IMG/VR virus record: IMGVR_UViG_3300034105_002043
Span: 12,747 to 76,746 of that record
Reading direction: 5' to 3' (one strand)
DNA length: 64,000 nt
Source: a virus
The notes below the pieces were generated by a model, which did not search any database, had not been told where the DNA came from, and saw nothing but the letters and a program-made list of their open reading frames with translations. Shown here piece after piece: positions 8,594-15,372 of the stretch (the first letter of the stretch is position 1; each line of letters starts with the position of its first letter). The translations under genes and the position numbers were made by a program.

Positions 8594-8809
8594 TTAATTG
8601 TTTTTGTTTTTTAAATAATTTTTTCCATTATAATAAAAAGTAGAAACCCCAATAATAATCAAACTTAATTGTATAAATTTTGGTAATGTTTTACCTTTTA
8701 ATCCTGCATAAACACAAATTGGAGCAATAACAAAAATGTCAATAATTCTAATTGCTTGGCTCTTTTGAAATTCTTCTACTGTTTCTGTTCTAATTTCGTT
8801 TATTTTCAT
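8594..8809 (-). CDS. small 2-TM membrane protein
   Basis: QAIRIIDIFVIAP...; two hydrophobic segments. Confidence 0.7.
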   Translation of the reverse strand: MKINEIRTETVEEFQKSQAIRIIDIFVIAPICVYAGLKGKTLPKFIQLSLIIIGVSTFYYNGKNYLKNKNN

Positions 8810-8829
8810 ATTTTTAAAAGTTTTTACTT

Positions 8830-9012
8830 TTATTTTTTAAAAAATTTCAAAACTCTTTGAACGTTTTTTCGGTCATAAGGCACTTTGCCGTTTAACCAAT
8901 CTTGTCTTGCTTCGCAACCGCAATCTTCTGTTACTGCTTCAACTACCGCTTTAATTCCTGTAAATTTAGTAATTTTTGCAACAGTATCGCCTAATCCTCT
9001 GCTTTTTTCCAT
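8830..9012 (-). CDS. small conserved phage protein with CGC motif
   Basis: SRGLGDTVAKITKFTGIK...DCGCEARQDWLN pattern familiar from aquatic phages. Confidence 0.7.
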   Translation of the reverse strand: MEKSRGLGDTVAKITKFTGIKAVVEAVTEDCGCEARQDWLNGKVPYDRKNVQRVLKFFKK

Positions 9013-9039
9013 ACCAAATTGTTGTTATTTTACTTGGTT

Positions 9040-9243
9040 TTATTTTGTGTAATCTTTATTGATTAAATCATACGTCATATAAGCAACCGTACCTGCGCCT
9101 AATACAACGCCTATTGCCATACTTCCTAATACAGTTACCAAAGCCCCTTTACCTAAACTATATCCTTTAGAATAAGAGAAAATAGCAAGACTTAAAGGCA
9201 CAACCAATAAAACTACTGCTCCATTATTTGAATCCTTTGCCAT
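9040..9243 (-). CDS. small 2-TM membrane protein
   Basis: Two Gly-rich hydrophobic segments. Confidence 0.7.
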   Translation of the reverse strand: MAKDSNNGAVVLLVVPLSLAIFSYSKGYSLGKGALVTVLGSMAIGVVLGAGTVAYMTYDLINKDYTK

Positions 9244-9254
9244 ATACTTAATTA

Positions 9255-9581
9255 TTAAGTCGTTGAGTATTTTTTACCCATTGCTTTTTTAACATTGTAT
9301 TTTACTTCTTCTACGTCATCTACCAAATTAAGGAAATCATCGTTTGGTTTTTTCTCTTCGTTCAATTTAGCAATTGCTTTTCTGTAATATGTAATTCCAT
9401 ATATTGAAAATGCAATCAAAAGCCCGAATACAAGCAAACTTTTAAAATCCATTGGTTTTTGCGACCCCATACTTTCAAATACATCATCGCCACCACCTGA
9501 CGGTGCAACGGGTGCGGGTGCTACGGGTGCTACTGCTACGGGAGCGGGTGCTACGGGTGCTACTGCTACTTCTGTTTCCAT
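9255..9581 (-). CDS. TM protein with N-terminal APVA repeats
   Basis: VAVAPVAPAP x2, central TM, coiled C-terminus. Confidence 0.7.
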   Translation of the reverse strand: METEVAVAPVAPAPVAVAPVAPAPVAPSGGGDDVFESMGSQKPMDFKSLLVFGLLIAFSIYGITYYRKAIAKLNEEKKPNDDFLNLVDDVEEVKYNVKKAMGKKYSTT

Positions 9582-9587
9582 AATAAT

Positions 9588-10076
9588 TTATTTATTAAAT
9601 TTTTTATATGCTAAATATGCAATTACCAATCCTCCTAAAATTAGTAAATTAGTTTTGTTTTTTTCTAAAAATGTTTGAGGAGCGACATCTTTATTATCAG
9701 GATAATCTGCCCCTAATCCCTGTTGTTCAGAATTTATAACTTTCACACTTTTATCTAATGTAACTTTAGAATCATCAGGAACTAATTCTAATTCTTTTTG
9801 GAAATAAGAGTTGTTTTTAACATCTCTAATGTTACTCAAAAATATAGGATATTTGTCAGTATCTTTTTTTAAAGAAATTTGAAAACTATTAGGAAAATCT
9901 TCATTTTCTCCACCATTAAATTTTAATGGCTCTGCCTCCACAATAGTACCTTTAGGTATTGTATAAAGAAGTTTGTCTTTAATTTCTTTAGTTCCATCTC
10001 CGCCTGTTAATTCAGGTGCAGGAACAGTTTTATAACTATACTGACTTGCTTCAATTAATAATTTATACTTTGCCAT
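9588..10076 (-). CDS. C-terminally anchored membrane protein (variable N-domain)
   Basis: Ends QTFLEKNKTNLLILGGLVIAYLAYKKFNK, nearly identical to 10082..10441. Confidence 0.75.
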   Translation of the reverse strand: MAKYKLLIEASQYSYKTVPAPELTGGDGTKEIKDKLLYTIPKGTIVEAEPLKFNGGENEDFPNSFQISLKKDTDKYPIFLSNIRDVKNNSYFQKELELVPDDSKVTLDKSVKVINSEQQGLGADYPDNKDVAPQTFLEKNKTNLLILGGLVIAYLAYKKFNK

Positions 10077-10081
10077 AATTT

Positions 10082-10441
10082 CTATTTATTAAATTTTTTA
10101 TATGCTAAATATCCTAAAACCAATAAGCCAACTATTAGTAAATTGGTTTTATTTTTTTCTAAAAATGTTTGTTCTCTTACTAACATTTCAGGAACTTGAA
10201 ATACCCCATTATAATAAACTAATTTATTATCTTCTGTAAAATTATTCGGAGTAATTATTTCAACATTATATGCTCTTGCTTCGGGATTTACACCTGCATT
10301 TGTAGGCACTAATTTACCCTCAAAAACATCTCCTTTTTTAAATTTGTGTTTTAATTTTATTGAGCGAACATCGTGACGGCTTTCGTCACTTGGTGTTGTG
10401 CCAATTGCCTCAAAATCTTCTTTAAATATATATTTTGCCAT
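10082..10441 (-). CDS. C-terminally anchored membrane protein (variable N-domain)
   Basis: Ends QTFLEKNKTNLLIVGLLVLGYLAYKKFNK. Confidence 0.75.
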   Translation of the reverse strand: MAKYIFKEDFEAIGTTPSDESRHDVRSIKLKHKFKKGDVFEGKLVPTNAGVNPEARAYNVEIITPNNFTEDNKLVYYNGVFQVPEMLVREQTFLEKNKTNLLIVGLLVLGYLAYKKFNK

Positions 10442-10446
10442 AATTC

Positions 10447-10875
10447 CTATTTTTTATTTTTAAATGCTCTAACAATTAAAAATAGTCCTGCTAACATTCC
10501 TATTCCTGCATAAATAATTTTATGGTCTTGTAAATGCTGAACAAATTTATTTTTACTTGACTCTACTGCAACGGGTCTATTATCTTTAGGTTTTTTTCCT
10601 GAATTAATAACAACTTCGTCAAGAACAATATTATCGTCTAATAATTTTATTTTTTTACCTTGAAGTTCTTTAGCCTTAAAAAATTGAGGCTTGTACCCAA
10701 CGTATGATATTTTAAATTCTGAATCAGGTGTAATTGAATTATCTTCTATAACAAAATTTCCGTCCAAGTCTGCTTCGTCTGCCATTTTATTGGCAAATTC
10801 TCCTGATACAATAGTGACATTTGCTAAACCCATAGGCAACCCGTCAATATCTAAAACTTGTCCAAATATCTTCAT
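10447..10875 (-). CDS. carboxypeptidase-regulatory-like (SusC N-terminal type) domain + C-terminal TM
   Basis: GQVLD..GLP...ANVTI...ADLDGNF.I......FKISYVGYK...L.....LDEVVI. Confidence 0.85.
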   Translation of the reverse strand: MKIFGQVLDIDGLPMGLANVTIVSGEFANKMADEADLDGNFVIEDNSITPDSEFKISYVGYKPQFFKAKELQGKKIKLLDDNIVLDEVVINSGKKPKDNRPVAVESSKNKFVQHLQDHKIIYAGIGMLAGLFLIVRAFKNKK

Positions 10876-11060
10876 TATGCTTTTCCTCCTGTTATTCTTT
10901 TAATCGTGTAATAATTAACTATTGCGCCTAATGTAAAAGACACAATGCCTACTACAACAAATATTGTAGATAAATGCTGATGTGTTTTAGCACTTGCATC
11001 TTTCTTATTTTGCTCATCAGTTTGTGCGCCTGTTTGACTACTTTGAACTGCTCCTACCAT
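10875..11060 (-). CDS. small single-TM protein
   Basis: IFVVVGIVSFTLGAIVNYY. Confidence 0.7.
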   Translation of the reverse strand: MVGAVQSSQTGAQTDEQNKKDASAKTHQHLSTIFVVVGIVSFTLGAIVNYYTIKRITGGKA

Positions 11061-11661
11061 AATAATAATATAATGAAATTCCTGCTATTATTGACAATAT
11101 CCCTAATGCAATATAATTTTTGTATGCTTTTACTGCTAAACCAAAACTTCCGTCATTTAACCATTCTTTAGGTAGTTTCTCTAACATTGTTTTTTTAACT
11201 TCCCAAACTCTTAATTTTCCATCTTTTACTTGGCGGAAAGCAGGGTTTGCATTGTATATTTTTTCTGCACTTAAACCACCTCCCTGAATAATCCAATCAT
11301 CGGGCTTACCAATTGCAGGTGGGAAAAATACCGCAAAATAAGTGTCAATATATGTTTTATATTTTCCTTTGTAAAGGTTAAAATATTTCTCTACAAAATC
11401 TAACTGCTTAACTGCCGACATTTTTTGTAATTCCTCTTTAGTTGTTCCTAAAGTTTTTCTTGCACTTGCACCAAACTGAATTAAACCAACGTACCCCAAA
11501 GAGTTTGTAATAGACGGACTAAATGTACCTGCCGTTTCAAAGTGCATAATAGCCATTAACCAATTAGGGTCAACGCCTATTCTTTTCGATACTTCTTTTA
11601 CCTTTTCTACAAAAGGTGTCCTGATTGAAGCAGGTACTTTATTTTCGTATATTAATGCCAT
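11038..11661 (-). CDS. lysozyme-fold lytic transglycosylase with C-terminal TM
   Basis: WLMAIMHFET (catalytic Glu), YVGLIQF, QLDFVEKYF; C-terminal IALGILSIIAGISLYYY. Confidence 0.8.
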   Translation of the reverse strand: MALIYENKVPASIRTPFVEKVKEVSKRIGVDPNWLMAIMHFETAGTFSPSITNSLGYVGLIQFGASARKTLGTTKEELQKMSAVKQLDFVEKYFNLYKGKYKTYIDTYFAVFFPPAIGKPDDWIIQGGGLSAEKIYNANPAFRQVKDGKLRVWEVKKTMLEKLPKEWLNDGSFGLAVKAYKNYIALGILSIIAGISLYYYYGRSSSK

Positions 11662-11955
11662 TTACCACAATATTTTATCCGCATACCAACCATTTGTTCC
11701 CGTTTTTTTACGGTCTTTTTCGTGACGAATCTTATATAATCTTCTTCTTTCCTTTGCATATCCTTTCGGATAATAGCCTTTTTTTTCTTTTTCCAAATAG
11801 GTAGGGTAATCATTCATACCCAAAGCCCCTATTGAAGCGACTTTTTTACCGTTTTTAAAAACATCAATTTTTTTAAGCGGGTTAGTTGAGGGTTTTATTT
11901 CAACTCTCAACTTATCTGCTTGTGCTTTTGAATATGGTAAAATCTTGTAAGCCAT
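11662..11955 (-). CDS. Tlr6F/DUF5754-like basic protein
   Basis: STNPLKK.DV.......IGA.G..DY......ERRRLY..RH.......GW.A.KILW pattern. Confidence 0.7.
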   Translation of the reverse strand: MAYKILPYSKAQADKLRVEIKPSTNPLKKIDVFKNGKKVASIGALGMNDYPTYLEKEKKGYYPKGYAKERRRLYKIRHEKDRKKTGTNGWYADKILW

Positions 11956-11972
11956 TAATTAAATATTTTTAA

Positions 11973-12194
11973 TTAATTACCTACCGTACTTGCTATTGCT
12001 CTATACCCCTCTTTACAATCCCTTGTATCAGACATATAAATTTGACCTCTTTCATTTCTGCAATAATACTTTTTTTTATCCTTTCCCATCGCATTAAAAA
12101 ATCCGTCTGAATTTCTCTTTGGTTTTTGTACATAAGCAACAATTGCAATCACACCAAGTAAGGCTAAACCTCCAAATATATATTCTGTTTTCAT
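11973..12194 (-). CDS. N-terminal TM protein (paralogue of 13091..13225)
   Basis: YIFGGLALLGVIAIVAY..KPKRNSDGFFNAMG. Confidence 0.75.
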   Translation of the reverse strand: MKTEYIFGGLALLGVIAIVAYVQKPKRNSDGFFNAMGKDKKKYYCRNERGQIYMSDTRDCKEGYRAIASTVGN

Positions 12195-12210
12195 ATTTTT
12201 TATTTATTTA

Positions 12211-12888
12211 TTAATTATTTTCATCAAACACATAAGTTTGTTTTGTTTCGTCATACCTAATTTTCTTTAACTCTTCTTCGGTAAAATTTCTTCTGAAAAA
12301 ACCTACTATGGTCATACTTCCGCTTTTTTTACCTACCGTAAGGTATCTTTTTAATTTTTTTACCTTATCTCCCTCGCCTGTTTTTGTTGAGTCTGTATTC
12401 CCCTCAATAGTTTCGCAATAATTTGTTTTTTCGTCTAAAATTTGTACAATTATTCCTGTATGTCCTCCTTGTGTTCTTTTAGCACAAAAAATATCTCCTA
12501 CTTGTAATTTTCCACTTTTAAAAGCAATATACTTTTTATCTCCTTTTTTATTTAAGTTTTGTACATTAATTAAATTTTGTAATGCACTTCCACCTATATT
12601 TTTTGACAACCACTCTTTATCAAAAGAAAATAGTTGCATCAATACTAATTTAACATAATAAGCACACCACGCTTGACTTGACTTCCAACCAACTGCTTTC
12701 ATCATTGCTTCAAAAGCACTATCAACAAATCCTACATTCGCTCTTCCTTTGACTTTTTTTTCTAATTGAGATGCAAAGCCTGTATTTTCCAAAAAACCTA
12801 ATAGTTTAGCAAATACGAGAGGTATATTTGGAAATAAATTGGCGGTGCTATTTCCACCATTAGGATTGTTTTCATTTTCTTCTCCCAT
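12211..12888 (-). CDS. CHAP-like peptidoglycan amidase/peptidase
   Basis: AWCAYYV (Cys), GDIF, GHTGII (His), TIEGNT. Confidence 0.85.
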   Translation of the reverse strand: MGEENENNPNGGNSTANLFPNIPLVFAKLLGFLENTGFASQLEKKVKGRANVGFVDSAFEAMMKAVGWKSSQAWCAYYVKLVLMQLFSFDKEWLSKNIGGSALQNLINVQNLNKKGDKKYIAFKSGKLQVGDIFCAKRTQGGHTGIIVQILDEKTNYCETIEGNTDSTKTGEGDKVKKLKRYLTVGKKSGSMTIVGFFRRNFTEEELKKIRYDETKQTYVFDENN

Positions 12889-12893
12889 AACTT

Positions 12894-13076
12894 TTACTTT
12901 ATATTTGGGTCATTAAAAACATCATAATCCTCAACTATTTCCTTAACATCATTTTTGTAAATTATCGAAATCTTTTTTTCATTGGCTTTTCTCGTAAGAT
13001 ACATAGTCAAAGCAAAACCGCCAACACCAACTGCTACTAAACCCGTAATTAATAATATTTTTTTACCGTTAGTCAT
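12894..13076 (-). CDS. N-terminal TM protein (paralogue of 13953..14117)
   Basis: MT..KKILL..G.V.V..GGF.L..YLTR. Confidence 0.75.
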   Translation of the reverse strand: MTNGKKILLITGLVAVGVGGFALTMYLTRKANEKKISIIYKNDVKEIVEDYDVFNDPNIK

Positions 13077-13090
13077 ATTTTGTAAATAAT

Positions 13091-13225
13091 TTATTTAGCC
13101 CCACAACCACAACCACCTGTTGCGCTGAAAAAACCCTCTGAATTTTTCTTTGGTTTATTGTAATAAGCAATTAATGCTATTACCCCTACAATTGCTAAAC
13201 CCCCTATGATGTATTGCTTATTCAT
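13091..13225 (-). CDS. 44-aa TM protein (not in ORF track)
   Basis: MNKQYIIGGLAIVGVIALIAYYNKPKKNSEGFFSATGGCGCGAK*. Confidence 0.8.
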   Translation of the reverse strand: MNKQYIIGGLAIVGVIALIAYYNKPKKNSEGFFSATGGCGCGAK

Positions 13226-13230
13226 ATCTT

Positions 13231-13947
13231 TTATTTTTTAACACTTAAATTATTTTTAAACCACAAATCTAAAAATCCATTTACACCCAACATTTTTAAT
13301 AAATAACCTCTGCTCTCTAAAGGTATTGTTTTGTTATTAAGTAATTGCTCTGTTGTTAATTTACCTTTAACTTTGTTTCTCATAGAATAATAACCTGCAT
13401 TATAAGAAACCATTACTTTATTTATACTTGCAACATCGCCGTCTTTGAACGCTTCTAAAAGCCATCTTAAAACCGCAGTACCTATTGCTATGCTGAATTC
13501 AGAATTATTTTGTAATGCCCTGCGTATTTCACTTTTTACCGCCGAACTCGGCAAGGTATTAGCGTTGAAATTTTTACTTGACGGAATCGCTTTATTAAAA
13601 AACGCTTTTGCTTTTGCAGATAACGGAGAGTCAACCATTACTTGCCACTTAACAAGTATTTCCCAAACTGAATTTGGAGTAACCTGCATAAGACCTGTTG
13701 CATCATATTGATTTGGAGGAGCATTTTTACCACCGCTTTCAGTTGCTATAAAACTTGCAATAATTGAATTATCAATTTCAAATTCAGTCCCCCAAGTGTT
13801 AATGAAACCTAAATAATCTTTAATTATTTTATTCAATAAATTAGTATTAGCCAAAGCAACGCTTTTGTCAGAATACTTATAACTTCCCTGCACAAAACTT
13901 CTATTAACATCAGGTACTTTAACCGCTACTGTTGTGAACTTTCCCAT
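13231..13947 (-). CDS. soluble lytic transglycosylase (SLT/GH23)
   Basis: IATESGG, ATGLMQV, SYNAG motifs. Confidence 0.9.
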   Translation of the reverse strand: MGKFTTVAVKVPDVNRSFVQGSYKYSDKSVALANTNLLNKIIKDYLGFINTWGTEFEIDNSIIASFIATESGGKNAPPNQYDATGLMQVTPNSVWEILVKWQVMVDSPLSAKAKAFFNKAIPSSKNFNANTLPSSAVKSEIRRALQNNSEFSIAIGTAVLRWLLEAFKDGDVASINKVMVSYNAGYYSMRNKVKGKLTTEQLLNNKTIPLESRGYLLKMLGVNGFLDLWFKNNLSVKK

Positions 13948-13952
13948 AATTA

Positions 13953-14117
13953 TTAGTCTAAAGGTTCTTCATTAGGAGGAGTATCATACGTTTGTATGAT
14001 AACACTTCCACCTCTAATTTTTCTTACATTACGAGTAAGGTATTTCGCAAGGAAAAATCCTCCGATTGCAACACCAACAACGCCTACTGCTATTAAAATT
14101 TTTTGTGCTTTGGTCAT
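13953..14117 (-). CDS. 54-aa TM protein (not in ORF track)
   Basis: MTKAQKILIAVGVVGVAIGGFFLAKYLTRNVRKIRGGSVIIQTYDTPPNEEPLD*. Confidence 0.8.
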   Translation of the reverse strand: MTKAQKILIAVGVVGVAIGGFFLAKYLTRNVRKIRGGSVIIQTYDTPPNEEPLD

Positions 14118-14612
14118 TTATCGTTTTTTTCCAAAATAATTTATTGCTCCTGCTGAAAAGACTAATAAAAGACCTCCTGCAATTAAGCCACCCCAACCTA
14201 TTCCTGATTTTTTTTTAGGGTCAGTTTTTGTGTCTTTTTCAAGTGCTTCTTTTTCTTCTAATTCTTTCTTCTCTAATTCTTCTTTTTCTTTTGCTTCTTG
14301 GGCTTGTTTTTCGGCTCTTTGTCTTGCCTCTGCGTCAGCCTTATTTTTAGCAATTTGACGGTTTTTTGCTTCCGCCTCTCTCTTTTTAGCAACAAGGTCA
14401 GACAAATCTTCAATTAAATCATCTTGGGTGTCCGTAATGAATTCAACAATCTCGTCTAATTTCTCTTGCGATTCCTCTGTTGGGTTTTCATTGTGTTCCT
14501 CTCTTACGACTGCTAATTTTTGGTTTAGTTTACCTAATCCGTCTAATCTTTTAGCCATTGAAGCGGGTACTTTGTTGTCCAACGCTTTTAATAATCCATT
14601 AATTGTTTCCAT
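14118..14612 (-). CDS. coiled-coil protein with C-terminal TM
   Basis: E/K-rich coiled coil; GIGWGGLIAGGLLLVFSAGAINYF. Confidence 0.75.
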   Translation of the reverse strand: METINGLLKALDNKVPASMAKRLDGLGKLNQKLAVVREEHNENPTEESQEKLDEIVEFITDTQDDLIEDLSDLVAKKREAEAKNRQIAKNKADAEARQRAEKQAQEAKEKEELEKKELEEKEALEKDTKTDPKKKSGIGWGGLIAGGLLLVFSAGAINYFGKKR

Positions 14613-14646
14613 AGTGTTTTTTATAAAATAAAGTTAATTTTAACCA

Positions 14647-14673
14647 CAAATATAATAAAATTTTAATAAGCAA
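14647..14673 (-). promoter_or_regulatory. Bacteroidota promoter for the membrane-protein operon
   Basis: TATATTTG (-7) at 14647-14654 with TTG 16 nt upstream, in an intergenic gap. Confidence 0.6.
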
Positions 14674-14708
14674 GTCATTAATGCCTTGTTTTTATAAAAA
14701 TTTTGTTG

Positions 14709-15368
14709 TTAAGTTTCTAATAATCTGTTTGCTATCAATTTTTGTCCGCTTGGTGTCGGGTGTATTCCGTCAGCAGTCATACTACTTGGAATGTTAATTT
14801 TTTCTACAATAGTTGCTCTTTTTATTGTTGTTGGTATTGAATTTTGAAAGTCAATATATCTGTTTTTTAATTTAACCATTCCTGCTTTTGTTGGAACATA
14901 AGAGGTTGGTTTTAATTTATTTTCGTCCATAAACTTTTCAGCATCGTACCCAACAATGACATAAGGCTCTGCGCCATTCTTAATCGAGAGGTCAACCATA
15001 TCCTGAACATTCTGTAATGCTTTGTCTTTCGTAACTGCGCTAAACATATCATTAACACCACCATATATGTATATTCTATCGTACTTGTTTGTTTTCAACT
15101 TTTCTGTAAGATTAGATAATAACCAATCTGTTCTTTTACCGCCCTTTGCTAAAACATCAATTTTAATTCCTTTCGGTTCTAATTCTTTTTTTAACAGGTT
15201 GGGGTAAGTAAAAGTTACAGGTGTTCCGTTGTAATCAATAGCCGTTATAGAATCCCCGACAAAAAGCATACTTTTTGGTAACTTTTTGCCGAAGAATTTT
15301 TTTACAGTTAGATAAATTAATGCTAATCCAATAGCGGTTGTTACACCGTAAAACAATTTTTTGTTCAT
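14709..15368 (-). CDS. membrane-anchored SGNH/GDSL esterase
   Basis: N-terminal TM; FVGDSIT, GGVND, DGIHP blocks. Confidence 0.9.
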   Translation of the reverse strand: MNKKLFYGVTTAIGLALIYLTVKKFFGKKLPKSMLFVGDSITAIDYNGTPVTFTYPNLLKKELEPKGIKIDVLAKGGKRTDWLLSNLTEKLKTNKYDRIYIYGGVNDMFSAVTKDKALQNVQDMVDLSIKNGAEPYVIVGYDAEKFMDENKLKPTSYVPTKAGMVKLKNRYIDFQNSIPTTIKRATIVEKINIPSSMTADGIHPTPSGQKLIANRLLET

Positions 15369-15372
15369 ATTG

